Part shown: positions 1 through 12,305 of the stretch, in pieces
Layout of the letters: the number at the start of each line of letters is the position of its first letter
How positions within the stretch are numbered: position 1 is the first letter of the stretch
Program-made: the position numbers and the translations under genes
Notes under the pieces: generated by a model
Told to the model about the DNA's origin: nothing
Seen by the model: the letters and a program-made list of their open reading frames with translations, nothing else
Database searches by the model: none
Source: the human T2T-CHM13v2.0 reference genome, Homo sapiens
NCBI RefSeq assembly: GCF_009914755.1
Contig: NC_060925.1
DNA length: 64,000 bases
Strand: one strand, 5' to 3'

Positions 1-606
1 GCAGATCTTCTCATGTCTCTTTGAAAACAGTGAATACATTCTAAGCTATCAGGCAGTATAAGTCACAATTTAACTTTTAATAATTTTTTACCTGTAATGG
101 ACATGAACAGGAAATATGCGATGAGTCATTCATCTATTCAATAGGTGCCCGATTTCTATTGAGATGAACACCGTGTACCAGAATCTCACTTTCTTCCCCA
201 TCCATATAGTTGTGCTGACCTTAAAACCTCATTTGCAGGCTATTCAGTAGTTATGCTTGGATAATCTCTACAGAAAGGGCGAATCAAAGGAGATAACACC
301 TAGAGACCCTAAACTACCTAACATTACTTCCTGTTAAGTATTTTTTCCTTTTAATTGCTGAAAAGCTATTGAGTTAAAGCAACCACGCCAACTCCCCAAA
401 GATAATGGTTCAAACCCCCAAACGAAATGTTTGCAATCCTCTTGAGTTGCCAAAAAGAAGCAGTCATTTAAAGAGAACTCAGACTGCATATTAAGTAACC
501 TCTGCCCAAAATGTTAACATCTTACACACTAGCATTGTTTGCACGCGATTCCCCACTTGACGGAAATGTGGACCCACTGTGGCTAGAGCGGTTCAGAACT
601 TCACAC

Positions 607-1611
607 CTACTTTTTCTTCTTCAGGGGTTCGGGCGCTTGAGCCACGGGAGGGCGAGGCAGCTTGAAATAGACCTTGACCAGGTCATAGATAAACCACTGC
701 AGGGCCGTGAGGGTGCCGATCATGGGGATGTGCGCAAAGAGGCCGATGCGCGCAACGACGCCCTTCCACACGCCCGTGAACCCCAGTCTTCGGAGGACGC
801 CCAGGGCCGCGATGCCCTTCTCCTTGTTCAGCACAGACACCACGGAGTCGGCGGGATGGGACACGACAGCGCAGAAGACGCCACGAAGGTGATGCCCAGC
901 TGCTTGGCCTTGGTGCACTGGCTCTGGGGCTTGGGCACGGCATACCTGTAGAGGTCCTCTACCGTGCGCTCGAAGCAGGCGAACTTCATCATGGTGTAGG
1001 GGATCTGCCTCAGCCACAGCGGCGCCACGCCCTTGTAGAAGGCCCACAGGCCCTCCTCGCCCTACATCCTGGACGCCGTGGCTCGCAGGGTGCTGGCGTA
1101 GCCCGGTCGCGTCTGCACGCGGACCTTGACCGCCTCCATGGGCTCCAGCGAGACATCGGGGAAGAACTCGGCGCTGGCCCAGGCGAAAAGGTACAGGCCG
1201 GCTCTCCACCCGTAGGCTTTCTCTGGGCCCAGGAGCTCCGCGGAGCGGATCTTGAAGACCTCGTAAAGGCCGAACTTGAAGAAGCCCTGCAGGGAGTAGC
1301 CGAAGAAGGTCTGAGCGCAGCCGCGAGCCAGGCCGCACAGCCCGTCGCTGTGCACCGTCACGCCGAAGCCGCTGAGGACGCCCTTGTACCAGCCGGGGTC
1401 CACCTGCATGCGGCACTTGACCAGGTGCAGGGACACGATGGCCGTGTGTGTCAGCCGCAGCTCAGCATCCCGCCCAGGCCGCACAGCAGCAGGTACCGGG
1501 CCGAGCCGTACTCCACGCTGGCCTCCTCCACAGCCGCCGCCCAGGGTCTGCTGACGCCTTGGCCCACGCTTCTCGCCTGCAGCGCTCGGCGGCCGCGAGG
1601 GGATCATCCAT
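607..1611 (-). pseudogene. SLC25A3P1: Processed pseudogene of the mitochondrial phosphate carrier SLC25A3
   Basis: Intronless. Minus-strand frames stitch into AAAVEE..YGSARY..CGLGGMLSCG/LTHTAIVSLHLVKCRMQVDP..GYSLQGFFKFGLYEVFK..ASAEFF..EPMEAVKVRVQT..M*GEEGLWAFYKGVAPLWLRQIPYTMMKFACFERTVE..TFV/GVFCAVVSHPADSVVSVLNKEKG..MIGTLTALQWFIYD..KKKK*, clearly SLC25A3-like. Lesions: indels at ~1541 and ~1455, TAG at 1062-1064, ~16-nt frameshifting deletion at ~882, 18-nt duplication at 727-762. The 5' end is uncertain (ATGs at 1611 and 1607). Confidence 0.93.
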
Positions 1612-2310
1612 GGCCACGCTGGGTGCGGGCCCACCCTGCCCTCCGCCCCTCCAGGCGCACTCACTCAGGGGCCGCGGGGCGGGGCAGAGCGTCGTGAACC
1701 TCCCTCGCGAGTCCGCCCACACAACGGCCCAGGCGAGGGGATCCCTGCGGGACCACAGCGCTTCAGCCTGTGCCTGTGCAGTCCGCGGTGTGAAGGACGG
1801 TTTAAGTAGGCGGTGTCACCCCGCCCCTTCCCCTCCAGCACGCCCCGCCCCTTCGCCCCGGCGCCCCTTCGCCCCTTCTCGCCCCTTCTCGCGTCTTCGC
1901 CCCTTCGCCCCTTCGCCCCTTCGCCCCTTCAGGTCAATGGGCTCCTGGTAGCTGCAGGAACCCCGCCCCGCTGAGCCTAGGCCAGTCAGTGGTCAGTGGT
2001 CCCAGAGCTCACCTTCGGCGGTGGGCCGGGCCTTCACCACCCTGGTGACTTTGGTCCAGCTTGGCTGCCTAATCCTCTACAAAAATGCGAAGAAAGTAAA
2101 CCAACATGTACAAACACGAGTAAACGCAGGAATAGGCGAGTACGTAGATCAGGAGGCGGGCGAAGGGGTAAAGAGTCGCCATGCACTGTTGCCTTCCTGA
2201 GAGGCCTTTCTGGAGTCCTCACCCAACTATGCCGGTTTAGGGGAATGGTCATCTCCATGGCAGTGACGTTCCACGGTGCGAATGGGCAGAGAGAGCCAGT
2301 GGCTTCCGGC
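640..2310. promoter_or_regulatory. CpG island covering the pseudogene body and its 5' flank
   Basis: Very high GC and CpG density with GC boxes (ccccgcccc at ~1842 and ~1961); flanks are AT-rich. Bounds are approximate. Confidence 0.85.
1821..1930. repeat. Degenerate tandem repeat of the unit (C)GCCCCTT(C)
   Basis: About 10 imperfect copies, e.g. gccccttc gccccttctc gccccttctc ... gccccttc gccccttc gccccttc. Confidence 0.9.
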
Positions 2311-2736
2311 CTTACATAACCTTCTCACCTGGTAGGTAGGTGAGTTTCCCCCAGCTCACACACCACTCCTGTCTCCCAACAAACGGTTGTAGTGGGAGCC
2401 TAGGAAGTATGGGGACACTCACTGAATTTAGGGGGGGGTGCTGATTACTTTCACTTATCAGGTATTTTCTTTTCATTGACTACTGATTTTGGAGAATACG
2501 AAAGTGAGTCAGAAGCCCTCTTCTTTTGGGAAGCTTACAGTTTCAGTGGCCTGAAAAATAAGAACTAAGTGATTCCAGGTATAAATCAGTAGCATACATC
2601 ATCCATTCATTTACCCACTTTGTGCTAGGCCCTGTGCAGGGCTAGGGGTTCAGCAAAGAACTAGACATACTCCTGCTAACTTCTAAATAAGATTTTTTTT
2701 AAAAGAAAAAAGTCAGTATTTTGATAAGTATTATAA

Positions 2737-2971
<235 letters not shown>

Positions 2972-3282
2972 TAAAGTTCTAGATGAACAATGAAGGAGCA
3001 ACTAATTTTGCCTGATGAGGTTCAGAAGATTTCCCTGAGGAAGTGACAAGTGTAGCTGGGTCTTGAAGGATAAGTAGGAGTTTGCCACGTAAAAAAGACT
3101 AGAAAGGCAATTTCAGGTGAAAGGAAACAAACCTAAGTGCATTTCCTACTGAGGAGAGGGGCTTAATTCAGTATGATGGAAATCAGCAAGGGTTGAGTCT
3201 GGAAAAATAAAATTGGGTCAAATTAGGGAAGGCCTTAATGTCTTGTTCAGGACTTTGACTTTTATCCTGTAGGGCAGGCCTA

Positions 3283-3461
3283 TCATTCTCACAAGTGTGA
3301 TCCGCAGACCACCTGCATCAGAATCACCTGGAGTGCTTTATTAAAAATCTCACCTCACACTCTAGACCGTCTGAATGAGAATCTCTGTGCGTAGAAATAA
3401 GTGATTTTAATACACTCCTAGGTGGATTCTTCACTAAGCTTCACTAAAGTTTGAAAACTAC
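3283..3461. mobile_element. MER5-like hAT-Charlie DNA transposon remnant
   Basis: ttctcacaagtgtgatccgcagaccacctgcatcagaatcacctggag ... aaagtttgaaaactac resembles the MER5A/B consensus. Confidence 0.7.
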
Positions 3462-3504
3462 ACACCACAGTATGGGAAGTCAAGAATTTTTTTTAAGGTT
3501 TTCT

Positions 3505-3619
3505 GATCCACCCGCAAGTGGCATTTGACCAGGTCCAGGGGCATGATGGACATGTGTGTCAGCCCACAGCTCAGCATCCCTCCCAGGCACATGGCAGCAG
3601 GTACCAGGGCCAAGCTGTA
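3505..3619 (-). pseudogene. Short second copy of SLC25A3P1 sequence (TM1/first carrier-motif region)
   Basis: Aligns to 1397-1510. The minus strand reads LGGMLSCGLTHMSIMPLDLVKCHLRVD. Confidence 0.88.
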
Positions 3620-3678
3620 ATGATACATATTGATCAGATTTTCTGATCAATAATTTAGTGCTTATATCCTGAACTGGG

Positions 3679-4247
3679 TGTATTAAAGAGAATAAAAAAT
3701 AATATTCCCTCAACCCTCGTAAGTTCACAGTTGGGACAGACTCCTGCAACAAAAGACAGATTAACAAGAGAAAAACAAGCAAGTTTATTAACACATGCAG
3801 TGCACATAATGTGGGAGAAAAGTAACTCTAAGCAGTAGCTTAAGAATCTGGCTTATATAGCATGTCTAACATAGCATGATATAATACATTTTAGAAACGT
3901 AACAAGACAAAAGAAAAGCAGTCCCAGGCTCCTTGAGGTGAGAAAATGTAGGAAGGTAAATTTATGGGGAAACTAATGGAGTAAAGTCTGCTCAGATTCC
4001 TCTGGCACTGTCTCTAAGCTGATAAAGGTTGTAAAGAAGAATTTATATCCCGTCTTCAGGCGGGAAAGCAGGGTGGGTGGATAGAAAGACCTTTTGTCTT
4101 TGTAATTCTCTGTCCTGCTTTTAGTCAGACAGAAAGAAGGCAGAGAACTCCCTACATCTGCTTCTTAATTGCCTTTAACTAAAAAAAAAAAAAAAAAAAT
4201 TAAGTCAAAGAGGCATATTTTGATGTGACAAATTCTGGTTTCCTTCA
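3679..4247 (-). mobile_element. ERV1-class solo LTR (MER34/MER39-like)
   Basis: TG...CA termini; aaaagacagattaacaagagaaaaac..gtttatt and ggcatatttt..tccttca ends are typical of this group. Confidence 0.6.
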
Positions 4248-4623
4248 GTATTCACCTGTGAAAATTTATCAAGCTGTACACTTAAGATTAGAGTACATTA
4301 TACACTTTATGTATATTATACCATAATTTTTTTTAAAAGTTGACTGGTGTAAAATTCTCACCCCAAACTGGGGATGATGGCTAGAGGGGAGAACAGAGGC
4401 AGATACAGGTTTTCTCAATCAACGATCCTTTTTTAAAACTCCTCTCCTTGTAATAGTCTTCTACCAGGAATTTAAGTATTAAAGAGAAGTCTCCATCCTT
4501 GAGTCAGACAGAACAATGAAGTGTTAAAATATCCCATACTAACTAAATTAGGGCTTCCCACAGTATGTTCCTGGGAATACTGGTCCACTTGAAAAAGGTC
4601 TGCAGTCAAATGAGTTTGAGAAG

Positions 4624-5368
<745 letters not shown>

Positions 5369-5388
5369 AGAAGCATTTCACACTAAGG

Positions 5389-5608
5389 CATGCTTCTCAA
5401 CTGAGGTGATATCATCCCCAAGGGGGTGAAATGGTTCTTAGGGGGCAAAGAATCTTAGTACAATGGTTTGTGGCCCACCCAGTAAAATCTTATTCCTTAG
5501 TATTTAATTTTGGGGGAGAGTGGGAAGGAGGGAAAGGATGATTAGTAAAAATGTCTAAATCCCTGGGGGAGGGATGGCCTATAATGAACAAAAGGTTGAG
5601 AAACGCTG
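5389..5608. mobile_element. Short hAT-Charlie-type DNA transposon remnant
   Basis: Terminal inverted repeats catgcttctcaac ... gttgagaaacgctg. Confidence 0.55.
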
Positions 5609-5674
5609 TGTCAGAGCTTGCTCTTGGAGATTCACAGGACACATAAACACATTGAAGAGTGAGAAGTTGTTTAG

Positions 5675-6518
<844 letters not shown>

Positions 6519-6686
6519 TAAAGAGGGCTAGAGTAATAATAACAGCAGCTACATTTACTGAACCCTTAGGCCTCCATTTCCTAAAGGTACAACTTGGATG
6601 TTTTCCTAACATATACCACTGTTCACTTTATGAAACCAGAGGTTATATCAAATTGATCTCATTTCTATCGGATACCTGTTCTGTAC

Positions 6687-7698
6687 TGTGGGCGGCTAGC
6701 CACCCAGGTGCCGAGGCAAGAGACCGAAGGCACAAGCTGTTCCAGTGTAATAAAGAAAATATATATAATAAGAATAGTTTTACTAGAAATAGATTATAGA
6801 TGTGGTTATATATGAATATTATTAATCATTAGTTTGTAGCATTACTATTTATTCCAATATTATAATAATCTTTGTTCTACAATTATAACCTAGAAAAAAA
6901 CAGGCCATACAGAGATAGGAGCTGAAGGGACACGGTGAGGTGACCAGAAGACAAGAGTGTGAGCCCTCTGTTACACCCGGACAGGGCCACTAGAGGGCTC
7001 CTTGGTCTAGTGGTAACACCAGTGCCTGGGAAGGCGCCCATTACTTAGCAGACCTTGGTCTAGTGGTAGCGCCAGTGCCTGGGAAGGCACCCGTTACTTA
7101 GCAGACCGGGGAAGGGAGTCTCCCTTTCCCCGGGGGAGTTAGAGAAGACTCTGCTCCACCACCTCTTGTGGAAGGCCTGACATCAGTCAGGCCCGCCTGC
7201 AGGCATCTGGAGGCCTAAACGTCTCCCGGTGATCCTGTGCTTCAGTGGTCATGCTCCTGGTCCACCTTCATGTTCCACCCTGTACACTTGGCTCCACCTT
7301 CTAGGTAGCAGTAGCAGAAATAGTGAAAGTATTAAAGTCTTTGATCTCTCCAAGAAATACATAGAAGAAATAATGATGTAAGCTATCCTCTCTCTCTCTC
7401 CGCCTCGGCTACCAAATAGGGAAGGGCCCCCTGTCCGGTGGACACGTGACTTGCATGACCTTACCTATCATTGGAGACGACTCACACTCCTTACCCTGCC
7501 CTCTTGCCTTGTATACAATAAATAACAGCATGGCCAGGCATTCAGGGCCACTACCAGTCTCCGTGCCTTGGTGGTAGTGGTCCCCTGGGCCCAGCTGTCT
7601 TTTCTTCTATCTCTTTGTCTTGTGTCTTTATTTCTACAATCTCTCATCTCTGCACACAAAGAGAAAAACCCACAGGCCCTGTAGGGCTGGACCCTACA
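6687..7698 (+). mobile_element. Solo LTR13 (ERVK-class, HERV-K13)
   Basis: Starts tgtgggcggctagccacccaggtgccgaggcaagagacc and ends gggctggaccctaca; 1012 bp. Perfect 6-bp TSD ctgtac (6681-6686, 7699-7704). Internal ~53-bp tandem duplication at ~7001-7107. Confidence 0.88.
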
Positions 7699-7723
7699 CT
7701 GTACCACTAAAATATATATATAT

Positions 7724-8015
<292 letters not shown>

Positions 8016-8113
8016 TAAACTATTGTTTATAACAATGAATTTGTACAAGTTAAAGAAAACAATCAAGAAATTGTCAGGACAAAACTTTTCTTAGACAATT
8101 CTTAGTTCAGTAA

Positions 8114-8516
8114 TGTCTCAGTTCATTAGTGTTGTTATAAAGGAATACCTAGGTAATTTATAAAAAAAAAAGAGGTTTATTTGGCTTGTGGTTCTGCAGG
8201 CTGTACAGGAAGCATGGCACCAACATCTGCTTCTAGTGAGGGCCTCAAGCTGCTTCCATTCATGGTGGAAGGCAACAGGAGATGGGGAGAAGATGGGGAG
8301 GAAGGCAAAAAAGAGGGGAGGGAGGTGCTGGGCTCTTTTAAACAACAGGCTTTCTCAGGAACTCATGGAACTCACTTGCTACTGTGAGGACTGCACCCCC
8401 TCATTCAGGAGCCACTCACCCCGTAACTCAAATGCCTCTCATTAGGCCCCACCTCCAACATTTGGTATCAAATTTCAACATGAGGTTTGGAGAGGTCAAA
8501 TATCCAAGCCATAGCA
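8114..8516 (-). mobile_element. MaLR LTR (MST family)
   Basis: tgtctcagttcattagtgttgttataaaggaatacc..gaggtttatttggct..ggttctgcaggctgtacaggaagcatgg ... caagccatagca. Confidence 0.82.
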
Positions 8517-9703
8517 AATAACTTTACTAAAACACAGCCATAAAGTCAGTAACAACTGAAAGTAGCCTACGAGAATATTTCACCATTACAGAGCACACAA
8601 CTACCATTATTATTTCCTTGGTTGTTACATGATGTTGGGCAACATTTCTGTCTTGAAATCATCATTATACTTTTACTGTGTTCTTTCTGCAAACTTCAAT
8701 TGATGAGTTAAGTAGACCTTTCCTTTCCAGAAGACCGAATAAAGACTTGTGTTTCTTTTATTTGTTAGAGAGAAAAGAGTGAAAACGTATTCCTTTATTC
8801 ATCCATTCAACAGATTTTTATTGAGTGCCTATTATGTGCCAGCACATTTTAAATGTATAGCAAAGCAGAGCTAATATCCCACATTGTCCCCAAACAGAAT
8901 TTCCAAAAGCTCTAAAACATAATCATAGAGCACTTAGATAAAACAATAGCAAACACTTATTTGGTATCTACTCTTTGCCAGTTGCTATAAACATCTGTAA
9001 TCCTACAACAAGCATACAAGATAGATGTTCTTCCCATTTCATGAATACAGAGTGGCAGACACTGTTGTCTACTCTTTAGCAACAGAACCCCTATTTGTTC
9101 AGGTATCTGGGAGATATTCTTTGATCTCTACATCATTTTGACTCACTTCCTTCTCATGAAATTTTAATTTGCATGTAGGGTATTTGATTTTCAGCCATAA
9201 ATACTTAGGCCCATGGCCCATTGATACTTTCTCTACTACAGTTACACAAATATATAATATATTCATGCAAGATGTCCTTATTCCTGTTGTCCATGTTTTT
9301 GTGTGTGCCCCTCCACTTTCCTCTACCAATCCATGTCATCTTACAGAATCAGTTACAAAGTATGTCTGCCAGAAAACTTTCTTTGCTTAATTCACCTCCC
9401 TTGTGTTTGCCAGACTTTCATTTGTATGTAATCTGGACTGGTAAATTGCCATTTTTTTTTAACTGTATAGGAAATACTTCTGACAGGATTGTAAGAACAC
9501 TGCTTATTTTGTTTATGTATCATTTCATGGAACGGTGTTCTATCCAGTAATCAGGGGATAGTGGCCAACTCTCTTACCTGTAAAAATGAACCAGAGTAGT
9601 TGCCTGAATTATTTTCTCAGAGTGAACGTAATCAGATGACTTCATCCCCCCATAGTGAATCTCTATATTCACCCTACAAGTTTGGAGAATAGTGTTTTTG
9701 ATA

Positions 9704-10121
9704 TGTTATTTTATTTTGTTAGATTTAGCCTAAAACTGCCTCCTTACATATTTTAAGTTTGGCCTAAAAGTTTCTCCGTACATAGTGAACTGTAACCTAA
9801 CTGGATGTGCAAACAGACTGCAATCTACCCTTGTGCCAATCACTGAGATTCAGCCAATCAAAGTCAGCCAACTGTTCAAACTATGTTCAAATAACGCAAC
9901 ACTGAACTGTAACCAATCTGGCTATTTCTGTACCTCTTTTCTGTACATCGCTTTCCTTTTTCTGTCCATAAATCTTCTTCGACCATGCACCAGTGGTGGA
10001 GTCTCTCAACCTATTCTGGTTCTGGAGCTGCCTGATTTGCAAATTGTTCTTTACCCAATTCAACTCTGTTAAATTTAATTTGTCTAACGTTTTTCTTTTT
10101 ATATACATTTTTTTCTTAACA
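9704..10121 (+). mobile_element. ERV1-class solo LTR (MER57-like)
   Basis: tttagcctaaaactgcctccttacatattttaagtttggcctaaaagtttctccgtacatagtgaactgtaacc; several CCAAT boxes; ends taaca. Confidence 0.72.
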
Positions 10122-10249
10122 GCAAGCTCATCCTTAATCTTTTTATAATTTTTAAAGTATATGGAGGACAGTGAAATTAATAAATTTAAGTCCTTAGGAA
10201 CTTCATGGGAAGGGGAATTGAATATTTATTAAACACTATGACTTGTCAG

Positions 10250-11151
10250 TACAGTGAATGTTTCTACTCACTTCTGACACCAAGTGTGGATTTTTTCCAC
10301 ACCACCAGTCAGTTCTCCAACTCTCTGGACACCAACTGGGTATCCAACAATTCAATCCAATTTGGACACTAACTACTTGGAATTAATGTCAAACCCCACA
10401 GGTTAAGGGCTTAGTCCCACAAGACTGTCCCCACTTCAGACACCAATTGCAAGTCCAGAGCCTCCCCTATTTCTGACCTACTGGCAATACATTGGAGATT
10501 CCCACAATCTCCTCATGTTCAATAATTTGCTAGAATAGCTCACAAAACTCAGGAAAACACTTTACTTACATGAACTGGTTTATTATAAAAGCTACAATTC
10601 AGGAACAGCCAAATGGAAGAGAGGCATAGGACAGACTAAGGGGAAAAGGGGCGCGGAGCTTCCATACCCTCCCAGAGCCTGCTAGCCTCCCAGCATGTCA
10701 ATGTGTTCACTAATCTGGAAGCTCTCAGAGCCCTGTACTTTAAATGTTTCATGGAGGTTTCATTACTTGGGCATAGTTAAATCATTGGCTATTGGTGATT
10801 AACTCCATCTCCAGTCCCTCTCCCCTCCCCAGAGGTGGGGGTGGGAGCTGAAAGTTCTAATTGTCTAATCATGCCTTGGTCTTCCTGGTGAGCAGCCCCC
10901 ATCCTGAAGGTATCTAGGGGACCCCAGCCACCAATCACATCATTAGCATATAAAAAGACACTGTTATCATTCCAGAGATTCCAAGGGTCTTAGAAGCTCC
11001 TGTCAGGAACTGAGGATAAAGGGCAAATATCATAACAAATGATGCTCCTATCACCCCTATCACTCAGGAAATTACAAGGGTTTTAGGGACTCTGAGCCAG
11101 GAACCAGGACAAAGACCAGATATATATTTCTTATTATATCACAATATCACA
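10250..11151 (-). mobile_element. MER21-like solo LTR
   Basis: acttctgacaccaa..ggacaccaactgggtatccaacaattcaa ... atatcacaatatcaca. 5-bp TSD gtcag (10245-10249, 11152-11156). Confidence 0.75.
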
Positions 11152-11164
11152 GTCAGACACTATG

Positions 11165-11430
11165 ATATAGTAGAGAAAGTGTCACAACTTTGGGCTGAAA
11201 CAGATTTTGAGTTCCATTTTTTTTCTAGCTGTGTGAACTTAGACAAGTTATGTATCCTCTTTCTGAGCTTATTTTTCTTTTGTAAATCTGTAATTTGAGT
11301 TCATTATAACTACTGTTTATCTTTTAGGGTTGCAATAGGAGAGACAATGTGCACGAATGTGTGAGAAGTTGTGCATAAAGTATGTGGCTCAGTACCCTGT
11401 ACGTTAATAAGCATTCCACAAATGTCAGTT
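11165..11430 (+). mobile_element. MIR
   Basis: ctagctgtgtgaacttagacaagtta..ctgagctt..tgtaaa MIR core. Confidence 0.65.
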
Positions 11431-11653
11431 CTGTTACTCACCCCCATTTTCTGGCCCCATTCAATCCTCTCAGAACTCATGTTTCTGTGATGCCAGTCTC
11501 TGCTCTTTCTCCTCCACTCAAGTGGATGATTCGGTTAACTAAATTCCTACTGACTCTGATGATTTGGGACAGGAATTGAAGAAATCATAACTGGCAGAGG
11601 TGTGAACTTCTTTGACAATGCCCCAAGATGTGTCAAGGCATAAAATAAGCAGG

Positions 11654-12065
11654 TGTCAGGTCTCTGAGCCCAAGCTAAGCCATCATATCCCCTGTGACCT
11701 GCACGTACACATCCAGATGGCCGGTTCCTGCCTTAACTGATGACATTCCACCACAAAAGAAGTGAAAATGGCCTGTTCCTGCCTTAACTGATGACACTGT
11801 CTTGTGAAATTCCTTCTCCTGGCTCATCCTGGCTCAAAAGCTCCCCTACTGAGCACCTTGTGACCCCCACTCTGCCCGCCAGAGAACAACCCCCCTTTGA
11901 CTGTAATTTTCCTTTATCTACCCAAATCCTATAAAACGGCCCCACCCTTATCTCCCTTCGCTGACTCTCTTTTCGGACTCAGCCCGCCTGCACCCAGGTG
12001 ATTAAAAGCTTTTATTGCTCACACAAAGCCTGTTTGTTGGTCTCTTCACACGGATGCGCATGAAA
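11654..12065 (+). mobile_element. Solo LTR7 (HERV-H)
   Basis: Starts tgtcaggtctctgagcccaagctaagccatc and ends ggatgcgcatgaaa; 412 bp. TATAAAA at 11930, ATTAAA at 12001. Perfect 5-bp TSD gcagg (11649-11653, 12066-12070). Confidence 0.95.
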
Positions 12066-12186
12066 GCAGGACAGAGATTGTTCACCTGTGGCTGTCTCAG
12101 AGCAGGACAGGACAGAGAACCAGGCAGCCTTCCTCCTCTTCCAAATAAACCCTTCCAGCCTGGTGCTTTATTCCGTTGAATTCCAG

Positions 12187-12305
12187 CTATAGTGGCCAAC
12201 TTGTCCCAGCTTTTCCTGGACAAAACAGGGAGGTTTTACCACTAAAAATCACGTGTCCCTAAAACTCTTTCAGTGTCAGGCAAATCAGGACACTTGGTCA
12301 CCATA
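12187..12305. mobile_element. hAT-Blackjack-type remnant (MER81/MER94-like)
   Basis: Inverted ends tatagtggccaacttgtcc ... ggacacttggtcaccata. Confidence 0.55.

Noticed and set aside
607-1416. 269-aa minus-strand ORF as an intact gene
   Set aside because: Only its last ~90 aa are in the carrier frame. The rest is an off-frame reading of GC-rich pseudogene sequence joined by the deletion at ~882.
3505-3619. The duplicate fragment as an equivalent of SLC25A3 mutually exclusive exons 3A/3B
   Set aside because: It covers the same protein region but runs past the MQ|VDP exon junction, has its own indels and CpG decay, and resembles the neighbouring retrocopy.
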